A DNA stretch of 64,000 nt from assembly GCA_964590105.1 (NCBI GenBank), contig CAZPYM010000001.1, forward strand, positions 431,782 to 495,781, in the 5' to 3' direction. The stretch's first letter is position 1; the number at the start of each line of letters is the position of its first letter. The position numbers and the translations under genes were made by a program. The notes beneath the pieces were generated by a model. The model was not told the DNA's origin. It saw only the letters and a program-made list of their open reading frames with translations, and ran no database searches. Shown piece after piece: positions 47,197-56,547 of this stretch. The DNA is from an uncultured Gammaproteobacteria bacterium (GTDB lineage: Bacteria; Patescibacteriota; Patescibacteriia; UBA11705; JABHMO01).

Positions 47197-48575
47197 CTTT
47201 TTTTTCTTAGTTTACTGTTGTCGGCCATATCATCTATAATCCAGCCGGCTTCTTCTATCTGCCGGCGAAATTCATCCGCCTTTTCCCATTTTTTGTTTGC
47301 TCTGGCTTTGTTTCTCTCCTGCAAAAGCGCTTCAATCTCCGCGGGAATATCCACCTGCTCTTCGACCGCTTTTTCCAGGCCCAAACCCAATATTTTATCG
47401 AATTCAATGAGTGTGGCTCGTTTATCAAAATCTGAAATCGGCGCCTTGAAAACTTCCCAGGCCACGGCCACGGCCTGCGGCATAGACAAGTCATTATTCA
47501 CATATTCCACGAATCTCTTTAATAACCCCTGATCAACCTGACCGACTTGTTTTCCTAAATCAATAAATTTATTTTTCATTTTTTCCCAAATATGGCTGGC
47601 ATTTTCTATTGCCTCCCAACTAAAATTCAACTTGCTGCGATAATGAGATGACAAGCAGAAAAAACGGTAAACAACAGGATCAAAACCTTTTTGCTCAAAT
47701 GTTTCCAGCGTCACAAAATTGCCTTCTGATTTTGCCATTTTTTCTTCATCATTAACAATTAAAAATTCTCCATGCAGCCAGTAACGAACAAATTGTTTGC
47801 CGGTCGCCGCTTCGCTCTGCGCGATTTCATTTGTATGATGCACCGAAACATGATCAATGCCGCCGGCATGAATATCAATTGTTTCACCGCAATATTTCAT
47901 GCTCATGGCCGAACATTCTAGGTGCCAGCCGGGAAATCCAACGCCCCAGGGACTTTCCCACTCTTGTTGCCTTTTGCCGGGAGTAGCGGAAAATTTCCAA
48001 AGCGCAAAATCAGTTGGATTTTTTTTCTCAATATTTGTTTCCACGCGCGCGCCTTCTTCCTGGCCTTCGAGATTGAGTCTAGCCAGGTCTGCGTAACTGG
48101 GAAACTTTGACGTATCAAAATATATTCCGTCAGAAATTTTATATGTATATCCTTTTTTCTCCAATGTCTTTACTAATTCAATCTGTTCATTGATATGAGC
48201 AGTCGCCCGAGCCCAGATATCCGGTGCCAAGATATTTAATTCATCAAGATCATTCTTAAATGCTTCCGTATAAAATTCCGCGATTTCTCTGGCGGTTTTC
48301 ATTTCCAGACGAGCGCTCTTTTCAATTTTGTCTTCACCTTCATCGCTGTCACTGGTCAAATGTCCGACATCAGTTATGTTGATCACATGCTTAACCTTAA
48401 AATCATTGAACAACAATGCCCTTTTTAAGATATCTTCAAAAATATATGTCCGCAAATTTCCAATATGCGCAAAATCATAAACCGTTGGTCCGCAAGCATA
48501 AAAAGTCACCTCTGCCGGATTCAGAGGCTTGAATTCTTCAATTTCTCTTGAGAGCGTATTGAATAGTTTCAGCAT
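47193..48575 (-). CDS. cysS: cysteine--tRNA ligase
   Basis: HIGN (HIGH-like) and KMSKS motifs, Zn-binding Cys residues, 460 aa. Confidence 0.88.
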   Translation of the reverse strand: MLKLFNTLSREIEEFKPLNPAEVTFYACGPTVYDFAHIGNLRTYIFEDILKRALLFNDFKVKHVINITDVGHLTSDSDEGEDKIEKSARLEMKTAREIAEFYTEAFKNDLDELNILAPDIWARATAHINEQIELVKTLEKKGYTYKISDGIYFDTSKFPSYADLARLNLEGQEEGARVETNIEKKNPTDFALWKFSATPGKRQQEWESPWGVGFPGWHLECSAMSMKYCGETIDIHAGGIDHVSVHHTNEIAQSEAATGKQFVRYWLHGEFLIVNDEEKMAKSEGNFVTLETFEQKGFDPVVYRFFCLSSHYRSKLNFSWEAIENASHIWEKMKNKFIDLGKQVGQVDQGLLKRFVEYVNNDLSMPQAVAVAWEVFKAPISDFDKRATLIEFDKILGLGLEKAVEEQVDIPAEIEALLQERNKARANKKWEKADEFRRQIEEAGWIIDDMADNSKLRKKR

Positions 48576-48595
48576 AGCCTTTCCCTAAATGTAAA

Positions 48596-48660
48596 TTCAC
48601 CAATTCGCTAATTCACTAATTCGCCAATTCACACTTCAATCACACCTCACAACTTTAACT
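48596..48660. repeat. octamer-word tandem repeat (NNNAATTC: GTAAATTC ACCAATTC GCTAATTC ACTAATTC GCCAATTC ACACTTC...)
   Basis: Read directly; similar words at 39811-39850 and 44480-44520. Confidence 0.6.
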
Positions 48661-48667
48661 TATTTTC

Positions 48668-49819
48668 TCAATCCCCGCAAGTGCCTCCAAACCAACCCAG
48701 CGACACGAATATTTTCACTGTTCCACTCGCTTCACGCAGATTTTCAAGAGCTTTGCCGACCACAGTTCCCGCACTGACTGCTTTCATGCCATAGCCCGAC
48801 CGCGAAGAAGCTGTAATAAAATCGCCGGCTTCAATCGGCCCATTTTCATTGGTAACTTTTACCGGCACAATTCCGCTAAGGGCCACCGGCGCGCCGTTTA
48901 TTTCACTGGCATTGTTTAGTGTCATTGACGGCGCGGTTGAAACAACGCCCACCACTGTTTTATTTTTACTGGTTGCTTTTATTAAGTTCAGATTGTCATC
49001 AACAGCCACAATATCACCGCCGGCTACCGGATCTGACATAGTAATCGCTTCCGCCAAGTCGCCGCAACCATTACAGCCGCTACTCACGTTGAGCATACCA
49101 TTAATCTCAACATTGCCCTGAAAACTACCCGCCCAAGTATTTCCTTGCGCCTTGATGCCAATATCATTTAGCCCAAGCTCAACAGCGCTATTAAGAACTT
49201 TATAAGTCGGTGCGCTATAATTATACGCGCCGAGAGCAACCGGCTCAGTCTGCGTATCCGAATTTTTAAAAAAGTTTAACTGTGTTATGGATGCTGGTTT
49301 ATTATCCTTGTACAACTTGGCCTGCATGGCCATTTTATCCGCTCCAAGATTCATACCGGTTCCCTTACCATAGATATTCGCGCCCAGAAAAAGGCTATAA
49401 GCAAACATACCGGTACCGCTCAAATCAGAATTCAAAAAATATCCACCATATGAATTACTGCCACTTATAGAGGAATAATATCCAGAGTAACCACTTTTAT
49501 TAGCGGTAACATAGGCTCCCCGAGAAACAGTATTTATATTAACCTCTGAACCATTGCTATTATTTTTCGTACGAATAGCTCCCGAAGTACCAATCCCCAC
49601 TCCAAGTCCATATGAATTGCCTGGATCAATTCCGCGCAAACCGAGCGAACCGGTCTTGGACTGATTATTGGAACTCACATTGAGAGGCGCCTCGACATTT
49701 CCCGCGGGCGGAGTATTACTAGGCTCAGTCCAGGCAAAGGCCCGATTTATTACCAGGACGCAACCAAAAATAGCTATCAAAAATATAAAATTAACAACCA
49801 ATAACATTTTGCTCTTCAT
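48668..49819 (-). CDS. secreted Gly/Ser/Asn-rich hypothetical protein
   Basis: Signal peptide; low-complexity G/S/N/Y-rich central region; C-terminal ...SLGWFGGTCGD. Confidence 0.5.
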   Translation of the reverse strand: MKSKMLLVVNFIFLIAIFGCVLVINRAFAWTEPSNTPPAGNVEAPLNVSSNNQSKTGSLGLRGIDPGNSYGLGVGIGTSGAIRTKNNSNGSEVNINTVSRGAYVTANKSGYSGYYSSISGSNSYGGYFLNSDLSGTGMFAYSLFLGANIYGKGTGMNLGADKMAMQAKLYKDNKPASITQLNFFKNSDTQTEPVALGAYNYSAPTYKVLNSAVELGLNDIGIKAQGNTWAGSFQGNVEINGMLNVSSGCNGCGDLAEAITMSDPVAGGDIVAVDDNLNLIKATSKNKTVVGVVSTAPSMTLNNASEINGAPVALSGIVPVKVTNENGPIEAGDFITASSRSGYGMKAVSAGTVVGKALENLREASGTVKIFVSLGWFGGTCGD

Positions 49820-50041
49820 ATTTTTTTTATTAATTTATTTCAGTCAAATTGTACCACTATTTAACTATTATGCCAATTTGTGCTATAATTCTTGTAAGGA
49901 TTTAAAACAAAATTCTGAATTAATTGTTCAGATCGCATTGTAAATAATATTGCCTTCCACCTTCATCACTTCTAGCTCTTTATATTTTCCATTCGGCATC
50001 CGCCGGACAAGTCTTCGTCAATCTTCTTTAATCATCTTTAT

Positions 50042-50563
50042 ATGCAAAACTTTTTCACTTGGACTTTGGTCATCTTTTTAATCGTTCTAATCAGCGTTAT
50101 TAGTTTTCTAACCGGCATTTATATCGGCAAAAGCAAACTGTCCGAAAGCAAAATCGCGCAGGAAAAACAACTTTACGTTGAAAAAATCAGCGAAAAAATA
50201 AAATCTCTGCCGGGCATGAGCATCATGGAATCATTGCCTGACGATATTATTCACGGCCGGATTATTTCAATCTCCGGAAACAAACTGCAAATAGCCGCTG
50301 AACCAATGTCAATCAATGAGTTACTGCAAGAAAACCCAGTCGAATACCAGCTGCAAATTACAGATAAAACAAAAATTTATTACTTAAAAATCAAAGATAA
50401 TATTGAACTGCCAGCTGATCCGACAACAATGCCAAACTTAATAACCGAACAAGCATTATCTTTTGAAGACATCAAAGTCAATGAGCAAATCGCCGTAATC
50501 ATTGATCCCGCGCAAAAATCAAATCCGGTGATAGACGCCATAGAAATAAAAGTCAATAGATAA
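50042..50563 (+). CDS. hypothetical N-terminally anchored membrane protein
   Basis: N-terminal TM; no SD; plus-strand gene in a minus-strand block. Confidence 0.4.
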   Translation: MQNFFTWTLVIFLIVLISVISFLTGIYIGKSKLSESKIAQEKQLYVEKISEKIKSLPGMSIMESLPDDIIHGRIISISGNKLQIAAEPMSINELLQENPVEYQLQITDKTKIYYLKIKDNIELPADPTTMPNLITEQALSFEDIKVNEQIAVIIDPAQKSNPVIDAIEIKVNR

Positions 50564-50604
50564 AAAACAAAAACCGCCAGAGTTCAACTGGTGGTTTTTT
50601 ATTT
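50562..50604. terminator. bidirectional intrinsic terminator (CCGCCAG-agttcaa-CTGGTGG, A-tract before and T-tract after)
   Basis: Read directly; lies between convergent genes. Confidence 0.55.
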
Positions 50605-50610
50605 GGAAAA

Positions 50611-51714
50611 TTATTTTTCTTTTTCAAATTCTTCAAGCAATTTTTTCTGACGTCGGCTCAGTTTTTTCGGCACATCAATTTCAATTATTACATACAAGTC
50701 TCCCCTGCCCGCGGAATGAAGATATGGCACCCCCTTGCCCCGCAAACGAAATTTATTTCCCGGTTGAGTGCCGGCCGGGACTTTGAGTTCTATGGCGCCG
50801 TCAAGAGTTTCAACTTCTGTTTTACAACCAAGCGCCGCTTCGGCAAAGCTGATTTTTTTTGCCGTATAAACATCATTGCCGTGTCGTTCAAAATTCTTGT
50901 CCGACAACACGCGGATCTGAACATACAAATCTCCCGACTGACCGCCATATGGCGCCGCGTTTCCCTGCTCTCTCATTTTCAAACCTGAATCATTTTCTAT
51001 TCCGGCAGGAACCTGCAGGTCAATCACTTCTTTTTTCTTGGTAATTCCTTGACCATGACATTTGGTGCAAGGCGTTTGCGCTTTTTTACCTTCGCCTCCG
51101 CAATCAGGACAAGTGGTTGCCGTCTGAATTGCTCCAAGTATAGTTTGTTGTACTCGGCTCACCCGCCCCTGGCCGCCGCATTTCTGACAAGTGATAATTT
51201 TTGTTCCGGGTTCTGCCAAATTGCCGTGGCAGTGGTCGCATTTTACAGTTTTATAAAGCTCAACTTGCTTTTTTGTTCCAAAAACAGCTTCCTTGAAATC
51301 TATTTGCAGATCGATCTGAATGTCTTCACCAAAATTTTGAGATCGGCTCTGCCCCCGGCCACCGCCAAATCCGAATATGTCGCCGAAAATATCGCCTAGA
51401 TCAAGTCCGCCGAAATCAAAATTCGCGCTTCTACTGCCGCCGCCGCCACGAGCCTGCTTCATAAAATCATCCCAATTCATGCCGCCGCCAAATCCGCCCA
51501 TCTGGTCGAATGTTGAGCCGTACTGATCATACTTCTGGCGCTTTTCCACATTGCCAAGGACTTGATATGCTTCATTTATTTCTTTGAATTTTTTTTCATC
51601 TCCGGTTTGTTTATCAGGATGGTATTGGTGCGCCAGCTTACGAAAAGCGCGCTTGATCTCATCTTGATCAGCGCTTTTATCGACATTTAGAATTTTATAG
51701 TAATCTTTACCCAT
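50611..51714 (-). CDS. dnaJ: molecular chaperone DnaJ
   Basis: J domain HPD (YHPDKQ), G/F-rich linker, four CxxCxGxG zinc-finger repeats. Confidence 0.9.
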   Translation of the reverse strand: MGKDYYKILNVDKSADQDEIKRAFRKLAHQYHPDKQTGDEKKFKEINEAYQVLGNVEKRQKYDQYGSTFDQMGGFGGGMNWDDFMKQARGGGGSRSANFDFGGLDLGDIFGDIFGFGGGRGQSRSQNFGEDIQIDLQIDFKEAVFGTKKQVELYKTVKCDHCHGNLAEPGTKIITCQKCGGQGRVSRVQQTILGAIQTATTCPDCGGEGKKAQTPCTKCHGQGITKKKEVIDLQVPAGIENDSGLKMREQGNAAPYGGQSGDLYVQIRVLSDKNFERHGNDVYTAKKISFAEAALGCKTEVETLDGAIELKVPAGTQPGNKFRLRGKGVPYLHSAGRGDLYVIIEIDVPKKLSRRQKKLLEEFEKEK

Positions 51715-51734
51715 ATATAATCATGACACTGCAA

Positions 51735-52322
51735 TTATTTGACTAAACGGTAATAATAATCTCTCTCTTTATCAACTTTATCACTTTCAATTTCTACTTC
51801 CTCCACTTGTTTAAATCCAAAACTTTGTAAAAATTCCAATGACTTCCCGCGGAAAAATTTAAATATCTGCTCCAACTCAAGATCTTTTTTAACCGGCTCA
51901 AATATATTAGCATTTAGATAACCTTGCCCGATTCTAGCCTCACCGCCAGACTTTAATACTCTTTTAATTTCCTTAATAATTTTTTCGACCTGCTCTCTGT
52001 CTTCCAAAATACTAACCGGCCCGCCCATGGAAAGAATAAGATCAAAGGATTCATCCTCAAAAGGCATTTGAGTGGCGTCCGCCCGCACAAAGCCTTCAGT
52101 TTTCAATTTAGGTTCTTTAATATCAATAGCAATGATACTAATATCCTTTTCATCTTTATAACATTCAGCCAAACTGCTGTCGCCGGCACCGACGTCAAGA
52201 GTTTTCTTGTTTTTCAGAAATTTTTTTGACACTCCCAGATTGCGTTCAATTCGTTCCGCATATTCTTGATGCGACGATTTTTGTTCCGGTGCTTCAAACA
52301 TATTAAATATTTTTATTTTCAA
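51735..52322 (-). CDS. class I SAM-dependent methyltransferase
   Basis: Motif I LDVGAGDS. Confidence 0.55.
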   Translation of the reverse strand: MKIKIFNMFEAPEQKSSHQEYAERIERNLGVSKKFLKNKKTLDVGAGDSSLAECYKDEKDISIIAIDIKEPKLKTEGFVRADATQMPFEDESFDLILSMGGPVSILEDREQVEKIIKEIKRVLKSGGEARIGQGYLNANIFEPVKKDLELEQIFKFFRGKSLEFLQSFGFKQVEEVEIESDKVDKERDYYYRLVK

Positions 52323-52737
52323 AATTATTAAATTCCTTTAATTGTTTTTTTACTTCGCTATCAGTCATGAAAAAGGTTGCTTGTTCATCCGGATCAATCG
52401 GAACAGGTTTCGAGGCGGAAAAATTGAATTCCTCGGACTTGATACATTTAATTTTCTTTTGCCTGGCCAGATACCTGATTTCCTTGTCCGACGTAACCAG
52501 AACATACATGGAAGGATTATCGCACTTATCAATCAATCGGGCAATACCGTCATCAGCATCGCCTGTGAATATCACCTGAACAAAATTTGTGTTCAAGTCA
52601 TGCGGACACCGGCCATCAAAAATAATTATGGCTGTTTTTCTCCTTGTTCGGCAAAATTCATTCACCGCGTTAATCAGGCCTTCTTTTTCCGGAAAGTCAG
52701 TTTGATACAGCAAGTTGTAGCCATCTATTAAGTACAT
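52303..52737 (-). CDS. NYN/YacP-like PIN-fold domain protein (predicted RNase)
   Basis: YLIDGYNLL...IIIFDGR...VTSD conserved acidic residues typical of the YacP/NYN family. Confidence 0.55.
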   Translation of the reverse strand: MYLIDGYNLLYQTDFPEKEGLINAVNEFCRTRRKTAIIIFDGRCPHDLNTNFVQVIFTGDADDGIARLIDKCDNPSMYVLVTSDKEIRYLARQKKIKCIKSEEFNFSASKPVPIDPDEQATFFMTDSEVKKQLKEFNNFENKNI

Positions 52738-52810
52738 GTATAATAATTTTGCAAAATACTTATTATTATCGCAATATATTAGCTAAATTTAGACAAAACC
52801 ATCATTACTA

Positions 52811-52839
52811 TTGACTTTTTATGTAAAATATAATATAAT
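52811..52839 (+). promoter_or_regulatory. sigma70 promoter (TTGACT-17-TATAAT)
   Basis: TTGACT 52811-52816; TATAAT 52834-52839. Confidence 0.55.
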
Positions 52840-52910
52840 GTATTGATTTAATCTGTTCATTTCACTAACCGTCTCAGGCAGCTATGCCACAAATAGCAAA
52901 GGGAGAAAAC

Positions 52911-54035
52911 ATGGGAAAGAAAGCGTGGACATTCGCAATTCTGCTGGGGCTTGTAGCTTCTATTTCCGTACCATGGATTGTTATCAAGATCGTTGCCAAG
53001 ACGCAGAGCCCCGAGACGCACGAGCCGACGATGATGGAGAACGGCGACAACCCGGTAGAGTCCGGCCAGGACGAGCCCACAATGATGGAAAACAGCGACA
53101 ACCCGGTAGAGTCAAGCCAGGACGAACCCACGACTCTTCGCCTGCCGATGTACGTACAAACGACGGTCCAGGCGCGCCTCCTCACGATGGAGGAACTGGC
53201 CTTGGACTTTCCGGAAAACTATGACATTGAACAACGGGGTGACTATCACAGAATCGCCAAGAACTGCACGGCGACCGAACTGGCCACCAAGGCTGATTGC
53301 CTGCCGCTCACCGGCTGGTTCAAGAAGGCTTACTTGAAGTCTGACGGTTCCATTACCGTGGACTTCCAATGCAATCCAAACGACTCGCGAATGTGTACCG
53401 TGCTTTTGCGCGGACCTGTAAGCGATGGAACTGTCTACGGCTGTGGTCTTCCGGATGCGGCCCTCGAAGATATCCTCGTCATGGACTTACTTGGCGCCGG
53501 ATATAGCCTTCTGAAAGACGGGGCAGTCGAATACATCCGCTACGGCGGCAAAGACCTAACCGGCGGCCACCATTCATTCTTCATCAAGGACGGCCTGATC
53601 TATGGTAGGTACGGAACCGATGAAGAGCTCGTGCGCCGCGCTGACGGCTCGTTTGTCCGCGAAAGCGGCTCGTTCGCCGAGCAGATCAGGAAAGAGGCTC
53701 AGGCTAAGAAAGTGCTGGACTTTCTCGGCTCCGGATACTCCATGCGCTACGACGCCGTGTTCGAGTTTATCCAATACGACAAGCAGGACGTGGTGCCTCG
53801 CGGCTACCATTACTACATCCTCCGCGATGATCGGATCTACGGCATTCTCGGCGCGACCGAAGAGGAAGTTCTCGCCAACCGGCCGAAGATTCCGCCAGAA
53901 AAAAGGGATATGATCGGTCAATCATGTCTTTGTCCGGATCTCGGACTTGGGACATGGGTGGAACTCGGGTACAAAGAGCTGGTCTGCGTTCATCTGCCGG
54001 AAAGAGGTCCCATCTGCCATTCCAACTGCTTCTAG
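52911..54035 (+). CDS. secreted hypothetical repeat protein (GC-rich cassette; alternative upstream start 52884)
   Basis: Signal peptide MGKKAWTFAILLGLVASISVPWIV; tandem EPTMMENxDNPVESxQD repeats; duplicated about 55-aa module (LLGAGYSLLKDGAVEYIRYGGKD... / FLGSGYSMRYDAVFEFIQYDKQD...); SD GGGAGA before 52911; GC about 57%. Confidence 0.65.
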   Translation: MGKKAWTFAILLGLVASISVPWIVIKIVAKTQSPETHEPTMMENGDNPVESGQDEPTMMENSDNPVESSQDEPTTLRLPMYVQTTVQARLLTMEELALDFPENYDIEQRGDYHRIAKNCTATELATKADCLPLTGWFKKAYLKSDGSITVDFQCNPNDSRMCTVLLRGPVSDGTVYGCGLPDAALEDILVMDLLGAGYSLLKDGAVEYIRYGGKDLTGGHHSFFIKDGLIYGRYGTDEELVRRADGSFVRESGSFAEQIRKEAQAKKVLDFLGSGYSMRYDAVFEFIQYDKQDVVPRGYHYYILRDDRIYGILGATEEEVLANRPKIPPEKRDMIGQSCLCPDLGLGTWVELGYKELVCVHLPERGPICHSNCF

Positions 54036-54101
54036 CCAAACTCGCCCAGTCCCAACATCCGTTGGGCAAGCCCCGGGCAAATTCAACAAAATAATTGAAA
54101 G

Positions 54102-54135
54102 GAGTTCAAGCCTCACCGCTTGAGCTCTTTTTTAT
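54102..54135 (+). terminator. rho-independent terminator
   Basis: GAGTTCAAGC-ctcaccgc-TTGAGCTC followed by TTTTTTATT. Confidence 0.6.
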
Positions 54136-54137
54136 TA

Positions 54138-54151
54138 GCGTAGTTTCGCGT
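54138..54151 (+). repeat. 14-bp motif GCGTAGTTTCGCGT (copy 1; a GTTTCGCGT half-copy again at 54165-54173)
   Basis: Identical 14-mer at 57928-57941, the other end of the hrcA-grpE-dnaK operon. Confidence 0.8.
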
Positions 54152-54181
54152 TCTGTTTTACACGGTTTCGCGTATTCCTCT

Positions 54182-54463
54182 TTATTTTTCTTCCTTAAAT
54201 CCAATTTCCTTATTTAATTCCGGCGACTCTTCAATCACGCCATACTTTTCTTCATACTTTTTCAAATTGTCAGTCAAGGCGGCTACCATTTTTTTGTAGT
54301 GCCCCGGATTGGAAATCAGTTTGCCGACCACCTTACCGGACGGTGGCAAGACATTGGCAAACATCAGGATAAATTCTTCCTTTGTATGCTGTACCTGCAT
54401 CAGATTGGTGTATTCTCCGCCGGCAATGTTGTCGCTGATCTGAATTTTTTGTTGTTCTGTCAT
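54182..54463 (-). CDS. small conserved hypothetical protein at the distal end of the dnaK operon
   Basis: 93-aa ORF tightly linked to dnaK; no motif recognised. Confidence 0.5.
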   Translation of the reverse strand: MTEQQKIQISDNIAGGEYTNLMQVQHTKEEFILMFANVLPPSGKVVGKLISNPGHYKKMVAALTDNLKKYEEKYGVIEESPELNKEIGFKEEK

Positions 54464-54528
54464 ATATAATATTTCTCTATATTATTAATTCCGCGTAAAC
54501 CCGCGTTAAATCCGCTGAGTTCACGTCT

Positions 54529-56457
54529 TTATTTCTTTTCCTCAAAATCCGCATCCTGCGTTTTGTCGTCAGATCCTGAGCTTGCCGAAGCGTCACTATC
54601 CTTTCCGGTTCCCTTCTCGCTCTTCTCTCCCTGTTTCCCCTGTTCCGCCTGCGCCTTGTACATTGCCTCGCCCGCCTTCATCGCCACCTGATTAATTTCT
54701 TCCAGTTTTTTCTTGATCGCTTCAATATCTTCTCCGTCCTTAATCTTTTTAAGTTCTTCGACTTTTGTCGTTAAATCTTTTTTTATTTCCTCGGAAATTT
54801 TATCACCGGATTCCTTCATCATTTTTTCAGTTGTATAGCAAATACTCTCTGCCTGATTTTTGATTTCAATTGCTTCTTTCTTTTTCTTGTCTTCATCAGC
54901 ATGCTCCTCCGCGTCTTTTTTCATTTTTTCAATTTCTTCTTTGCTTAAACCGGACGACGCTGTTATTGTAATGGCCTGCTCTTTATTTGTCGCTTTGTCT
55001 TTAGCTTTTACATTCAGAATGCCATTGGCATCAATATCAAAGCTGACTTCAACTTGAGGCACGCCTCTCGGAGCCGGCGGAATTCCGTCGAGAATAAATC
55101 TACCAAGTGTTTTATTGCCCTCGGACATTTCACGTTCGCCTTGAAGCACATGAATCTCAACCGTATTCTGATTATCAGCGGCGGTTGAAAAGACCTGTGA
55201 TTTCGAAGCCGGAATTGTCGTATTTTTTTCAATAAGTTTTGTCATTACTCCTCCCAGAGTTTCGATCCCAACTGAGAGCGGTGTAACATCAAGCAAAAGC
55301 ACATCTTTAACATCTCCCTGCAAAACTCCAGCCTGAACAGCCGCGCCCATAGCCACCACTTCATCAGGATTAACGCCCACGTGAGGTTTTCGTTTGAAAA
55401 ACTCTTCCACTTTTTTTAAAACAAGCGGCATGCGGGTCATCCCGCCGACCATCAGAACTTCTTCCAGATCTTCAACTTTTAGACCGGCGTCTACTAAAGC
55501 TTTTTTGCACGGCTCCAAAGTTCGGTCAACCAGAGAGGCAACTAATTCCTCAAGTTTTGCCCTGCTGACTTTTTTTACCAAGTGAGTCGGATTCCCGCTG
55601 GCATCCTGCGCAATAAAAGGCTGGTTAATTTCCGTTTCTTGCGCCGTTGACAATTCAATCTTGGCTTTTTCCGCCGCTTCTTTCACTCGCTGCAAAGCCA
55701 TTTGATCTTTACTCAGGTCAACGCCGGTTTCAGATTTGAATTCTTTAATTATCCAGTCAATTATTACTTTATCAAAATCATCGCCGCCCAAATGAGTATC
55801 TCCATTGGTAGATTTCACCTCAACAGTGTCTTCGCCAACATCTAAAATTGAAATATCAAAAGTTCCGCCGCCAAGATCATAAACCGCGATTTGCTCGCCT
55901 TTTTTCTTGTCAAAACCATAGGCCAAAGCTGCTGCAGTGGGCTCATTTATAATACGGCGAACTTTCAATCCGGCAATTTCACCAGCATCTTTTGTTGCTT
56001 GTCTTTGCGCGTCATTAAAATACGCCGGCACGGTAATTACCGCTTCCTCTATTTTTTCACCCAATTTTTCTTCCGCATCCGATTTCATTTTTTGGAGTAG
56101 CATTGCTGAAATTTCCTGTGGTGTATATTCTTTGTCTGCCATTTTGACTTTTACGCCGTCACCCGACTGAACTAGTTCATAAGGAAGCGTTTCTTTGTCT
56201 TTTTGGACTTCATCATCTGAGAAGCGAAGCCCGATCATTCGTTTAATTGAAAAAACTGTATCTTTTGGATTGGTTACTGCTTGTCTTTTCGCAGAAAGCC
56301 CCACCAATCTTTCTCCTGTTTTGCCGATTGCAATTACGGAAGGCGTAGTTCTATTGCCTTCTTTATTTTCTAAAATTTTTGGCTTTCCGCCCTCAACAAT
56401 TGCCATGCAACTGTTAGTTGTGCCCAAATCGATTCCTAGAATTTTTGACATATTCAT
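54529..56457 (-). CDS. dnaK: molecular chaperone DnaK (Hsp70)
   Basis: [25 protein letters not shown]-type motifs, EEVD-less C-terminus, 642 aa. Confidence 0.93.
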   Translation of the reverse strand: MNMSKILGIDLGTTNSCMAIVEGGKPKILENKEGNRTTPSVIAIGKTGERLVGLSAKRQAVTNPKDTVFSIKRMIGLRFSDDEVQKDKETLPYELVQSGDGVKVKMADKEYTPQEISAMLLQKMKSDAEEKLGEKIEEAVITVPAYFNDAQRQATKDAGEIAGLKVRRIINEPTAAALAYGFDKKKGEQIAVYDLGGGTFDISILDVGEDTVEVKSTNGDTHLGGDDFDKVIIDWIIKEFKSETGVDLSKDQMALQRVKEAAEKAKIELSTAQETEINQPFIAQDASGNPTHLVKKVSRAKLEELVASLVDRTLEPCKKALVDAGLKVEDLEEVLMVGGMTRMPLVLKKVEEFFKRKPHVGVNPDEVVAMGAAVQAGVLQGDVKDVLLLDVTPLSVGIETLGGVMTKLIEKNTTIPASKSQVFSTAADNQNTVEIHVLQGEREMSEGNKTLGRFILDGIPPAPRGVPQVEVSFDIDANGILNVKAKDKATNKEQAITITASSGLSKEEIEKMKKDAEEHADEDKKKKEAIEIKNQAESICYTTEKMMKESGDKISEEIKKDLTTKVEELKKIKDGEDIEAIKKKLEEINQVAMKAGEAMYKAQAEQGKQGEKSEKGTGKDSDASASSGSDDKTQDADFEEKK

Positions 56458-56503
56458 TTTTAGAAACCGGGAACAGGAAATTGGAAATCAGGGTTTAGCG
56501 CTG

Positions 56504-56545
56504 TTACTTTCTACCCTAGTTTCCAGTTTCAAGTTTCCAATTTCG
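56504..56545. repeat. heptamer tandem repeat, family AGTTTCY (CCCTAGTTTCCAGTTTCAAGTTTCCAATTTCGTTTTA) between grpE and dnaK
   Basis: Near-copy of 25709-25745. Confidence 0.7.
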
Positions 56546-56547
56546 TT

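Noticed and set aside
52874-54116. ORFs 52874-53185(-), 52925-53224(+), 53112-53369(-), 53574-53921(-), 53602-53913(+), 53767-54069(-), 53922-54116(-)
   Set aside because: They overlap the GC-rich secreted-protein gene in other frames or strands; composition artifacts.
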